Source: Schmidtea polychroa (Eukaryota). Taken from it: a stretch of DNA of 64,000 bases. Each line of letters opens with the position of its first letter. The stretch's first letter is position 1. Position numbers and translations under genes: made by a program. Below are positions 13,401-24,861 of this stretch, in pieces. The notes beneath the pieces are model-generated. The model saw nothing but the letters and a program-made list of their open reading frames with translations, did not search any database and was not told where the DNA came from. The DNA is taken from assembly GCA_044892525.1 (NCBI GenBank), contig CM097885.1:247504001-247568000 (forward strand), written 5' to 3'.

Positions 13401-16400
13401 TTTCTCAAAGACAATTCACAAAGTCTTTAGTGAAGATGCTAGGACAAAATGGTAGCGGAAAACTATATAAGGTGGAATAACCAATGAAAATATAAAATAA
13501 ATATTAAAAGTTAAAAAAAAAATTTCAAATTTTTTCCGGTCGATATTTTGTTTGCGTGACAGATAAATCTTTTTAAAATATGTTGTGACTGACACCTGTA
13601 GGTTCTCATTAAAATTAAATTAACACGTACCGTTTCTTGTCTAATGTTTCAATTAAAATTTTATGAAGCATCATGATTAGGCTTGCCAACTCTCCCGTTT
13701 TTGCCGGGAGTCTCCAAAAATCGGCTTTCGTCTCCCGTCTCCCGGTTAACTATGACCCGGGAGATTTAAATCTCCCGTCTTTCCGTTTTTTACAATATTT
13801 TACAATTTTTCAAGAAATAAGTGCAGTTTTAGAAGTTTTAACTTTTATTTGATTTCTCTAAAATAATGATAGTCAATATTTATTTTTGCTCACAGTCATC
13901 GGAAGTTTAATTTGTTTGTTCGCGGCGAGCGATTTTATGTTTTTCTTTTTACCCACGTTATTAGTCTGTCACTGTCAGGTCTTTTTCACTTTTAAAATGT
14001 AAAAAATGTAAAATGTAATATGTAAAAATAATAGTTTTGTTTAAATCTTTATGGTATTAGTCATCATATAGTTAAAATCACTAACATGTGTAAACCAAAA
14101 AAGTGAAAAACCACCTGTTATATTATTTCTTAAGCGTTACACTGTTCGCAATTTCATAATTTCGCAGGTCTAAAAAATGAATTTATCAGAATACGTTTAG
14201 TAAAGGTCGATAAGCAAGGGAATGGAAAAAAACAAGAAATCGTTTATTAATAAATTAATTAATTAATTAAAGAAAATTCAAGTTGAATAGACAACAAATA
14301 AAGCAAACAAAAGGGAAATCAAAACGCCATTATCAAAACAGCATGATTAATAGAAAGATGTGGAAAGAAATTATCATTAGAAAGGTGCATGGTAGGGTAA
14401 TTAATTATATTGTTAGATGACAAGAACATGAAAGAAAGCCAGAGAGGGAAAATTGTCAAACATAGACTAATTGGGTTGAGGATCATTAATCAAATGGATT
14501 ACACCACTATATAAAACAAGTCGAAATTTGAATTTGCCTCAGGTAGAGACAAAGAAATTAAGAATAGGATTTCAGGAAATATATAAAATTTTTGTAAATA
14601 GGGTGAACGAAGGTCAATAGATCAATTAGGCTCGAATCAGGATCAGGTTATTGTACGAATGGGCAAGAAAATTAAACAGCCGCAACGGGACTCATTGGGT
14701 AATCATAACGTATATTATTTCTTTCTGTAACAATTCGTTTGTGTAATTTGTGATATATAACTGTTAAAACAGATATATGTTAGGAATGTTGTGTCCTATT
14801 TTATAGAACGCGAGGAGTCAGAAGCACCGACTAGTATTCTCTATTGTATGTACCTATTAGATTGCTTCTAGAAGGAGAGCCCTTTTCTTAACAATGGGGA
14901 ATCGTTGCAAATGTATATGAACCTATTTGGAGGGGGTGGCTAATAAATTAAAAAAAATCTTGTTTTACACAATTCAAAAAATGTTTTATATTTATTATTC
15001 AGACTAAAATATTTATTTTATTTATAATATTAGAAAGAAATGTAATACACTCGATGTTAATTATTGCAAAATATGAATATTTTGGTATGACATTTTCTGA
15101 TTACGCTGTTTTAATTAATTCTATAAATGAAAATATTGTCAATTAATCCTGAAAAAAATTTTACCAATCGGAAACAATTTTCATTAAGCTGGATATTTTT
15201 TGGGTTTCCTTTAGAAACTTAACATTATTACTTTTTCTAGCAAAAACATGAATTTTATCTGAGTCCGAAAAAACAAATATAAATCTGAATGCAAAACGTG
15301 CAAAATATTAATACTGAATTTCACTGTAAAACATAAAACTTATAGGCCAATAACCAAAGTAATCCAAAAATTGTTTTTTAAATATTCTATTTTACTTTTA
15401 TAGTTTTATTGAACTCAATATTATCATTATTTTTATTTATAAACAACCATAAAACATCGTTATATTTAGCAACTGATAAAACAAATCTAGTAACTTGTTT
15501 TAATGTTTGAGGTCCAAATACCCCTCACAATTATGTGTTTTGCAAATTCACATAACCAGAGTGACCCACTAATCCAATATAGAAAAGTTCCACAGACTAA
15601 TATCTAGTTCAAAACTGACCGAGACCATAGTTCCGTATATAAAAATATCTGGGCCTCAAACTTCCTTCACTATAGTACGTTCTTCACATTGACATAACAT
15701 TAGTGGCACAATGCCCCATAAAATAAATTCTTGATATGAAATTACCTTTTAACTATATTTGTTGCCCCAAAGAGGGTAGTTATGGGGCAGGGGTTATTAT
15801 CGACCTACTGTTGATATTTAGGGGTTTTGAGGTGTTTGAAATTACAGGATTATGACCTTATTTAAAAATTCGTGATTTTGTCGTCAGGAATTTTGTCTGC
15901 CCAACCTGATCTCCCAAGCCTTATTTCGTTTTTCCAATCCTAAATTTAATGTTTTTTCATTCATTTTTCATTATTATTCATTTTATTATTATTACTCAAA
16001 CATCATAACAAACTTAAATAACAAAAGATAGCAGGTAGTTAGTGGTCCCGAATAGCACGACCATCCGGGGTAACCCCGTCATCCTTAGAAAAATTTTATT
16101 AATTGCTACCGGGGGCTCTAAAACTATAGTGAGGGGGTCTCTCTGGACCATTGGAGTTTTTTGTACACAAAATCTGGCCGTCACTAAAGAAGCCATTTAA
16201 AAAATTATTTTAAGGTCTATATAATTTTATATACATAGAATCCAGTCATCGTCAAAAAAGTCAAAGTATATTAAGATCCCAAGATTTTTTGTAAAAAGAA
16301 TTTATGGTCAAATATTTTGATGAATCGATGGCCAGGTGAAAATTCGGTAATAATTTTAAATTAAAGTAAATTAGAGGTATAATTCAAAATTAGGTAAAAG

Positions 16401-17292
16401 ATTTTGATAAATCGATGACATTTGAGAAATGGAGGTAATAATTTAAAATTAAGTAAATTAGTGTAATATTTAAAAATAAGTAATAGATTTAAAATTTTGG
16501 TGATATGTTTAGAAGTATCGATAGGTATTGAGACTTTGAGGTAATAATTTAAAATTTAGTAAATTTATTTAAATTAGTGTAATATTTTAAAAATAAGTAT
16601 TAGATTTAAAATTTAGTTAGATATTTAAAAGAATCGATATGTATTGAATTATGGTAAATTAAGGAAATATTTTAAAGAAAAGTAAGAGGAATATTAGTGA
16701 GCACAATAAGGGCTGTAAGAGTAAAATATGTATGTCTGATTTTAAAATTTTATTAAAAAATTTTGATAATTATTGGGAACGTGTAATTTGTGAGGCGTTG
16801 TTGATAAAATCATTCAATCCGAAAATTATTGTGCAAAATGCGGTGAATACTTGTGTTTTAAATGTTTTTAAATAATTTTTTGTATATTGTATGTATTGAT
16901 TGTTGTTTGTTAAATTAAATAATTAATAAAAAAAATTTTAAATTATTAAATTAAATTATAAATGCTATAATTTTAAAAATAATATGTTTGTGAGGTGTTT
17001 TCAGCTGAGAACTAAATATTTCAATGATTTATTAAGATTTATTTTAAATGATAAATAATTGACGATTAAAATAACTTTTAAAATAATTATTAAATTGAAT
17101 TTTTTAAATTGAAATTTTTAAATTTTTAATTTGTAAAATTAAACAATCTCTCTATTAGTAAATCATTTTAAATAAATATATTTTAAATATCGAAATTTTA
17201 ATAAATAGTTTTGAAAATATTTTATTCAACGCTGAAAATTTGTTTGGAAAATGTGCAACATTTCATTAAATAAATACTTGGAATTATGACGT

Positions 17293-17538
17293 TGTGAGGA
17301 AGATTTAATTATTAGCACAATATAATATTATAATAATAAATTTACATCTGAATTATTACTATTAAGAAATTAACATATACATATATTAAAGTATTATATT
17401 CGTATTATATTATGGCGTACATAATTATTATTGTTATTTATAAATGCTTAATCGTCAATTTAATGATTTGTTTAGTCAAACCGATATTGTTATAGTTTTT
17501 GAATACAATTTGAATTCGACTTCTAGTTTTATTTAACA
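17293..17538 (+). repeat. 5' LTR (246 bp)
   Basis: TGTGAGGAAG...TTTAACA; no differences from 22217-22462 found by eye. Confidence 0.97.
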
Positions 17539-18701
17539 TGGCGACCCTGGCAATAGTGAATAAGATGATTCCGGATGTTTACGACGGAAGATACGAAATC
17601 GAAACTTTCATTGAAGAATGTAAGCGATATTTTCAGTTATGTGGTCTAGATCAAGATAACCAAAATATGATGATAAAATGCCTTATTTCAAGAGATATTT
17701 TACCGATTTATGAAGCCGTCGATGTCAAATTTATTAATTTTGAAGATAGACTCAGAGAAGCTTTCAAAAAGCCGTCAACACTGATAGGCGATTTTCTGAA
17801 CTTATACAATTATGAGAAAGATAACGATGCAGCGCCAGTGTTTTTCGAAAAGATTGAGAAAATGGTCGACAAAGTATTGAAACACAAGTGGGATAAAAAC
17901 GAATTAGTCGCTTATTTTTTGATACATTGTGTCAAAGACAAAGAAATCCAAAAAGAGATCAAGATGCGAGATGCTTTAAAAGTCGAAGAGATCAAGGACG
18001 TAATTCGTAAAGTTGATGCTATCAACATTGAAGTTTCTAGTATTGCAGTTATGCAAAGAAAAGAAACGTTCGCAAACGTAATAAAGAAACGACAAGGATT
18101 TGCCGATATACAAGATCGACAACGCAATTTTTCTAATGTTCAAGAAAGACGAAATTTTGAACCAAGATTCAATTCTATTCCGCACACTCAAAGATTCGAT
18201 TCTGGAAGGAATACTAATCAACAGTATTACCAAAGAGACAACAGAGCAAGTGGAAGTCGCGTTGTTACATGTTGGAATTGTCAAGAACTAGGACATTCGA
18301 GTCGAGAATGCCCAAAAAAGAAGTGTTACGGATGTGGAAAAGAAGGACACATGATTAGAGAATGCAAAAATAACAAGATAAATTCAGAATTGAGATGCAA
18401 CGCTTGTAAGGAATCTGGCCATCACCGGGGAGAATGTCCATCGATTTCATGCTCAGGATGTGGAAAACGTGGTCATTTGCGATTTCAATGTTGGGGAACA
18501 GCAGACACACGATCATCAGGAAGAAACCAATCTAGAAATTACGAGGATAACAGACGATATCAAGACAGATATGCCGATGGAAGAGTGGCAGCTATGGAAG
18601 ACCGCGGAAACGAAGCGGAGGATTTTCAGTCTACCCGAAGTGATGGACACCCAAATGGGAGGGCTCCATCATTAGGCGAGATGATAGGAGCCATGCATTA
18701 A
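17538..18701 (+). CDS. gag: Gag with four CCHC zinc knuckles
   Basis: CWNCQELGHSSREC, CYGCGKEGHMIREC, CNACKESGHHRGEC, CSGCGKRGHLRFQC. Confidence 0.95.
   Translation: MATLAIVNKMIPDVYDGRYEIETFIEECKRYFQLCGLDQDNQNMMIKCLISRDILPIYEAVDVKFINFEDRLREAFKKPSTLIGDFLNLYNYEKDNDAAPVFFEKIEKMVDKVLKHKWDKNELVAYFLIHCVKDKEIQKEIKMRDALKVEEIKDVIRKVDAINIEVSSIAVMQRKETFANVIKKRQGFADIQDRQRNFSNVQERRNFEPRFNSIPHTQRFDSGRNTNQQYYQRDNRASGSRVVTCWNCQELGHSSRECPKKKCYGCGKEGHMIRECKNNKINSELRCNACKESGHHRGECPSISCSGCGKRGHLRFQCWGTADTRSSGRNQSRNYEDNRRYQDRYADGRVAAMEDRGNEAEDFQSTRSDGHPNGRAPSLGEMIGAMH
17539..17550 (+). promoter_or_regulatory. primer-binding site TGGCGACCCTGG (most like tRNA-Arg-type PBS)
   Basis: Immediately follows the LTR-terminal CA; TGG is complementary to the tRNA CCA end; the tRNA identity is an inference. 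Confidence 0.8.
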
Positions 18702-21700
18702 AAGGTAATAATGATGATTGTGTGCGCCAAGATAAGTATAGTATATTTTTTAATAATAATAGTAATAGTAATTTAGACAGTATATATAATTTTAAAAGTA
18801 GTAATAATAATTTAGACAGTATATCTAAATCAAATTTAAAGGTAAAAAATATTAGATTTAAATCAGATGTAATTTTAGAAGATAGTATTAAAAACGTGAA
18901 AATTAAATTAAAAAAATATGATGTAATAAAGAAAGATAATCAGAGTAACAGTAAGATTATATATGACGTAAGAGATAAAACTGATATTAATGATTGTAAT
19001 TGGATGCGTGATAAAATTAATGTAATTGAAAATAAATGTGATCAGAATTGTAAGAAGATAATAAGTATTTGTGAGGCAAAATTAATAAATAGCAGTAAAA
19101 AGTTTGTTTATGACGAAACATTGGATAAACATATAAATAATATTTCTGTTTTAAATGACGATTTAGAAATTGTATATGATAAGATGGGTGGAAGACCAAG
19201 CGTAATAGTTGGGATTAATAGGATTTATTTTAAACATTGTCTATTGGATACGGGGGCTAGAATGAATGTTATAGATAGCTCGATCATCAAAGAAATAGGT
19301 GAGATAGATATTAAACCTCACAATGAAGGAATTTGGTGTGCAAATGGCAGTCCATTGGAAACATTTGGCAATGTTAAATTGAAGATTCAAATCGGTAACA
19401 AAGAAGAGAATGTGATTTTTGTTGTTGTTAAAAAGGTTTCACCGCCAATTATTGGTGGGATAGATTTACTTCGTCAATTCAACATCAAGTTAATGAAAAT
19501 AAACGATAGTATAACTGAAAATACGGAAATAGAAAATAATTTTAATGAAATTTGTAATATTGAGGCAAGATTTAGCAACTCATATAATGATGAGAAAAGA
19601 TTTAGTCGAGCAATAAAATTATTTGATTTAAAAAAAGGAGATAAAATGTATCAGATAATTAATGAAAATAAAGAAGTTTTTATGGCTGATAAATGGGACA
19701 TTGGAAAAACAGATTTATTATGGCACGAAATCAAAACTACTGAAGGCCCAATTTACATGAACCCTAGACGACAACCGGCTCATTTAGAAGAAAAGATTGA
19801 GGAGGCTATAAAAAATTTGGAAGAAAATGGTATTATTAGGAAATGTGATTCGAGTTGGAATACTCCATTGGTATGTGTTTGGAAAAAAGAAAAGAATGAC
19901 ATCAGATTGTGTTTGGATTTTAGAAACCTAAATAAAATAACAGAAAGACAAATATTTCCAATGCCTAATATTGAACAAATGTTAGATTCACTCAATGGAT
20001 CCAAGTTTTTTAGTACTATAGATCTTGGAAGTGCATATTATCAAGTGGAGTTAACAAATAATTCACAAGAAAAAACCGCATTTTCAACAAGGAGCGGACA
20101 GTACTGTTTTAATAGAATGCCTTTTGGAATTGCTGCGGCACCGGCTACATTTCAAAAATTAATGAATATGGTTTTAGGAAAACTTCTGTGGAATACAGCT
20201 ATTGTATATTTGGATGACATATTAATATTTTCTACAAATAAAGAAGAGCATTTTAAAAGAATAAATGAAGTATTAATGAAAATTAAGGAAGCGGGATTAC
20301 GAGTAAATCCAGAAAAATGTATATTTTTAACAAATGAGACAAAATTTTTAGGCCATATAATTAATAATAAAGGTGTGAAAGTGGATGAAAATAAAATTGA
20401 AGCAATTAAAAATTTTGTAAGACCTAAATGTTTGAAACAACTAAGAAGTTTTTTGGGGTTGTGTAATTATTATAGAAAATTTATAAAAAATTATTCAATG
20501 TTTTCACGAATATTAGAGTCTATATGTGGTACGACTAATGAAAAACTTATATGGTCAGAAAAATGTGAAGAAGCATTTGAAGAATTAAAAAATGCATTAT
20601 CGAAAACACCAGTATTAATATACCCTAACTTTCAGAAAGAATTTATTTTGGACACTGATGCAAGTTTTGACACAATTGGTGCGGTTTTATCACAGTTAGA
20701 CGAACAGGGACATGAGCGAGTAATTGCATATGGTTCGCATTCAATGAATAAGCATGAAATAGGTTATTGTATAACAAGGAAGGAGTTATTGGCCATTTAT
20801 TATTTTACTAAACATTTTAAACATTATTTGTATGGGAAAAAATTTAAATTAAGAACGGACCATAAAGCAATAACATTCATGATGACAACAAAAAAGCCAA
20901 TCACGGCACAATTCCAAACTTGGATAAATTTTCTTAGCAGTTTGGATATGGATATTTCATTTAGAAAAGGTATGGAACATACCAATGCAGATGCATTATC
21001 CCGAGATAATTGTGGACGATGTACTCAATGTATGGAAGTTCATGAAAATCCTAAAACAGAAAAAATGAAAACAAGACTTTTAACAATGACAGCTGTTAAG
21101 CAAGGTGTGATTTGGCAAAAGGGTAATGTTGAGATAGAAAATCAAAAAGAATTAATCATGAAAAATGTAAAAACTAAATTTAAGATTGATGATGATGTTA
21201 TCATGACAAAAGAAAATAAAATTTGGATTCCTAAAAACAATCGCGAAAAATTTATCAAAGAAATGCATAAAATCCTATGCCACGCAGGTTGCAAAAAAGT
21301 GATTGACTACATAAAAGTAAATTATGACATGGATGAATTACAAATGATAACTACAGAAATTATTCAAAATTGTGAATTATGTCAAAAAAGAAAAACACTA
21401 ACAACTAAAACAAAGGAAACTATACTAAAAACGGAAGTGTCGAAACCGTTTGAAACAATTGCTATAGATTTTTGTGGACCTTTGAAAACAAGTGTACATG
21501 GGAAAAAGTATATTTTAGGAATTATTGATATGTGCACTCGATATATTTCTCTTACAGCAGTTTCTAAGCAAGATGAGAAAACAACAGCGGACACAATAAT
21601 GAAATTTTGGATTCTAAAATACGGTTCTCCTAGGATAATTCAAGTAGATTGTGGAAAGACATTTGAATCAGGTGTGATGAAAGAATTAGCTAAAACCCAT

Positions 21701-22249
21701 AACATAATGCTTCAATTTTCAAGTCCATACCATCATAGTGCAAATGGATTAATAGAACGGCAATTTCGAACAATAAGAGATTTCATGAGTACCTCAATTA
21801 AAGATAGATTAAAAAGCAATTGGGTAGAGGTATTACCAGAAATTGAATTTGCTTTGAACGCAACCGTACAAAGTACACTAGGGAAAAGTCCAGCGGAAAT
21901 AGTATTTGGGTTTCGAATAACAAGAGAATGGCAAAACAAAAAGGAAGTTAATAATGACCGAATTAGAATCATTGAAGAGATACAAGAAAAGCAAAGAAAT
22001 GTTAAGTACAGAAACGCAGATAGAATTAATAGAGAATTTAAAATAGATGACAACGTTTTAGTAAAGATAGACATAAGAAAAAAAGAAGATGATAGATACA
22101 GAGGACCTTTTCGAGTGATAAAAAAACTACATGATAGAAGTTACGAACTTATGGATAGAGAAGGTAATATAATGATTCGAAATGTAGAATGGCTAAAGCC
22201 TTTTAAACAGGGGGGATGTGAGGAAGATTTAATTATTAGCACAATATAA
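18644..22249 (+). CDS. pol: Pol polyprotein (aspartic protease, RT, RNase H, integrase with GPY/F-like tail)
   Basis: LLDTGA protease, YLDDILIF RT, DTDAS...TDH RNase H, HHCC plus IAIDF..D..E integrase, YRGPF; no ATG before the protease domain region start; stop codon lies inside the 3' LTR. Confidence 0.96.
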   Translation, partial: WTPKWEGSIIRRDDRSHALKGNNDDCVRQDKYSIFFNNNSNSNLDSIYNFKSSNNNLDSISKSNLKVKNIRFKSDVILEDSIKNVKIKLKKYDVIKKDNQSNSKIIYDVRDKTDINDCNWMRDKINVIENKCDQNCKKIISICEAKLINSSKKFVYDETLDKHINNISVLNDDLEIVYDKMGGRPSVIVGINRIYFKHCLLDTGARMNVIDSSIIKEIGEIDIKPHNEGIWCANGSPLETFGNVKLKIQIGNKEENVIFVVVKKVSPPIIGGIDLLRQFNIKLMKINDSITENTEIENNFNEICNIEARFSNSYNDEKRFSRAIKLFDLKKGDKMYQIINENKEVFMADKWDIGKTDLLWHEIKTTEGPIYMNPRRQPAHLEEKIEEAIKNLEENGIIRKCDSSWNTPLVCVWKKEKNDIRLCLDFRNLNKITERQIFPMPNIEQMLDSLNGSKFFSTIDLGSAYYQVELTNNSQEKTAFSTRSGQYCFNRMPFGIAAAPATFQKLMNMVLGKLLWNTAIVYLDDILIFSTNKEEHFKRINEVLMKIKEAGLRVNPEKCIFLTNETKFLGHIINNKGVKVDENKIEAIKNFVRPKCLKQLRSFLGLCNYYRKFIKNYSMFSRILESICGTTNEKLIWSEKCEEAFEELKNALSKTPVLIYPNFQKEFILDTDASFDTIGAVLSQLDEQGHERVIAYGSHSMNKHEIGYCITRKELLAIYYFTKHFKHYLYGKKFKLRTDHKAITFMMTTKKPITAQFQTWINFLSSLDMDISFRKGMEHTNADALSRDNCGRCTQCMEVHENPKTEKMKTRLLTMTAVKQGVIWQKGNVEIENQKELIMKNVKTKFKIDDDVIMTKENKIWIPKNNREKFIKEMHKILCHAGCKKVIDYIKVNYDMDELQMITTEIIQNCELCQKRKTLTTKTKETILKTEVSKPFETIAIDFCGPLKTSVHGKKYILGIIDMCTRYISLTAVSKQDEKTTADTIMKFWILKYGSPRIIQVDCGKTFESGVMKELAKTHNIMLQFSSPYHHSANGLIERQFRTIRDFMSTSIKDRLKSNWVEVLPEIEFALNATVQSTLGKSPAEIVFGFRITREWQNKKEVNNDRIRIIEEIQEKQRNVKYRNADRINREFKIDDNVLVKIDIRKKEDDRYRGPFRVIKKLHDRSYELMDREGNIMIRNVEWLKPFKQGGCEEDLIISTI
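18650..18692 (+). promoter_or_regulatory. -1 programmed ribosomal frameshift signal (slippery heptamer plus hairpin)
   Basis: C CCA AAT in the gag frame, 5-nt spacer, then hairpin GGCTCC-ATCAT...ATGAT-A-GGAGCC; the pol (-1) frame is open from 18644. Confidence 0.8.
22205..22216 (+). promoter_or_regulatory. polypurine tract
   Basis: AAACAGGGGGGA directly before the 3' LTR TG. Confidence 0.85.
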
Positions 22250-22462
22250 TATTATAATAATAAATTTACATCTGAATTATTACTATTAAGAAATTAACAT
22301 ATACATATATTAAAGTATTATATTCGTATTATATTATGGCGTACATAATTATTATTGTTATTTATAAATGCTTAATCGTCAATTTAATGATTTGTTTAGT
22401 CAAACCGATATTGTTATAGTTTTTGAATACAATTTGAATTCGACTTCTAGTTTTATTTAACA
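22217..22462 (+). repeat. 3' LTR (246 bp)
   Basis: Matches the 5' LTR; followed by the GACGT TSD. Confidence 0.97.
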
Positions 22463-23183
22463 GACGTTAACTTTTGAACCGGATTTAAAAAATTATTTCG
22501 AAGATGTGTCAGCAGCTTCTAATAATGTTATTTTAATTATAATTTTTAAAAAAGAATGAAATGTTTTTATTGAATAAAAATTTTTTATATAATTAACCTG
22601 GTAAGGATTGCAAATTTACCGATGAAAATAAAATTACCGGTTTACCGGGAAATTATCGCAAAATTTTTTTTACTAAAAGATAAAATAAAGTTGACAAAAA
22701 AACAAGTTTAAGTTTCCATTTCACGATTTTTATATAAAATATGAAAAATATAAAGATTAATGTATTATTATAAATCAAAACAAATTATAATAATATTGTT
22801 GGGTTTTATTAGATCAACTCGGTAACCTCTGACTCCACGTGTCCTGTTAATCATAATTAACAAAACAATAAACTACCCAACGTATATTCGAATCACAAAT
22901 CTCTCACAATCCAATGATACAATCAACGATAGGCATTAACCAATTTAATCGGTTCTCCGCTAGGCGCTGATGCTTTTTATTTTTTTTTTCCAATTTTAAA
23001 TCAATCAAACTTTGTCGGACAGTATCATTAAGTAATAAAATCTCTCCAACATATTTAATAAACTATTCCACCTGGTTTTACAATCTAAAATTAAAAAAAG
23101 CTCTTTCCCAATGATTTCTTTTACATATTTTTGTAATAAATTATTTTTGGTTTCCGATTTTCTATAAATTCTTACTATTTGCC

Positions 23184-24861
23184 CATGAACGTCCGCAGGA
23201 ATTTTTCCAAGGGGGAGGGCAAAAATATTTTTTTTAACAAGTATATATTTTTTCTAGAGGGGAAGAGAGTTGAAAAAAAATGCATGTGTATAATCAATAT
23301 TTGGGGCATTATACAAAATAGGTTTTTTCTTATTTATTTACAAAATAGAACACTTTTTTTATAACCAGAACGTAAGTTAATATTGAAAGTTTTTATACAA
23401 ATAAGATGATTTGAAATCATTGATTTCCAGATATAATTAATAACATTAAAAAAACAGGAAGCCTCTTTAAATTAAATTTTTTTCATTGAATTTATTAAAA
23501 AGAGAGTTTGAAGACTATAAATCAGTAATATATCAATGTTTGTTGATACTCACGAATTTTCGGCACTGCCTTTTTCAAGTGAATTTGATCATTATTACAT
23601 TTAATAATTATTGTTGGAAAAAAATTAAATTATTTCGTATTTTATAAAAAATTTATTGGTTTAATTATATATTATTTATATTTTATTTTAATTACCCAAA
23701 TAATATTTCCTATTTTTTAAATTTTAAATTCTATAATTTAATTTAATTTTTTAATATTTTATTTTATAAAAAAACGTTTTTATTATTTTAAATTTTAAAT
23801 CTAATTAAATATTAATTTAAGTATTAATTTAGTTGAATGTTGATGGACGGTTTAAGTATTTTTATATAAGTTTTTTAAGTCTCCGCGGCTAATCTTTGCA
23901 ATGAATTTTTGAACGCATCTTGTAACATTTTGCATTTTGTTTCGTGTAAGAGTGGTGCTGATTTGTGCACTTTTTTCCAGTGTTCGTGATAATTGCTGAT
24001 TTTGCTCTTGACGTGTTCGTTGAGTCTTGTTTGGAACGCTCTATGTGTTTCACTTATGTACGATGCGTCACATCTTGTGCAAGTAATTTGGTAAACAATG
24101 TTCTTTGAGAAGCAGAAACATTTGGTGGAGGATTGGCATATACGATCTCGATGAAATAGGTCTGATTTTAGAGATTTTTGAGACTTACGAAGCTGTGATT
24201 TCAAAGGTGCAGCAGTTATAAAAATTGGCCGAAAATGAACTGGCAACTCCATATTGCGAATGTAAGCTCTGATTGTGTTACATGTCCTTTTGTTTAAAAA
24301 GGGGAAGCGTAGGTATATTACTGGTTTATTGACATGCTCTTTTTGTGTATTATGCCTATTAGAGTTATATTCGCTCAAGAAGTATTTTTCTACGAAATCC
24401 TTTGGATATCCATTTTGTAAGAACCGTGTTTTAAAGTTTTCCGGGGTTTCTTGTTTTTTTGTTTTGTCCGAACAGTTCCGTATTGCTCTTTTTTTCTCCC
24501 CTACTAATAGAACGATTTTTCGTCGGAGTGGAACGTGACTTTCCCAAGGAAGAATGTGCCCACTGTGTACACTTTTAGTGAATAAATCTGTCTTGAATGT
24601 GAGCGTGTTTGGACCTTCAGAAGGACTTATCATGGTATCTAAGAAAGCAATCTTACCTTCTGGGTCAGGTAGTTCTAGAGTAAATTGTATATTAGTGTTA
24701 GTGGAGTAATTTTTTTATTAATTTTTTTTGTCTTGGGTTTTTCCAACATTGTTTGAGCGCATCTATTTAAATATGTTTAAATTAATCGAAAAATAGAATG
24801 GTTTGGGAAATTCATGGGGGAGCAGTGCCCTTTCTTGCCCTCCCCCTTGCGGACGCCCATG
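23184..24861. mobile_element. second hAT-like MITE nested in the above
   Basis: TIR CATGAACGTCCGCAGG / CTTGCGGACGCCCATG; flanks TATTTGCC / GATCTGCC (6 of 8). Confidence 0.7.
23875..24770 (-). pseudogene. Penelope-like retroelement 3' fragment (RT thumb plus GIY-YIG endonuclease)
   Basis: FLQNGYP...VYQITCTRCDASYISETHRAFQTRLNEH, typical of the Penelope GIY-YIG domain. Confidence 0.85.

Larger units (their letters stand above)
17293..22462 (+). mobile_element. intact Ty3/Gypsy LTR retrotransposon (5170 bp)
   Basis: TG...CA LTRs, 5-bp TSD GACGT (17288-17292 and 22463-22467), PBS, PPT, uninterrupted gag and pol, domain order PR-RT-RH-INT. Confidence 0.98.

Noticed and set aside
13678-13760. hAT-like end TAGGCTTGCCAACTCTCCCG with CCCG repeats
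   Set aside because: No partner end or TSD was located, so the element cannot be delimited.
17912-22074. Antisense and alternate-frame ORFs within gag and pol
   Set aside because: Shadows of the long coding frames; no independent motifs.
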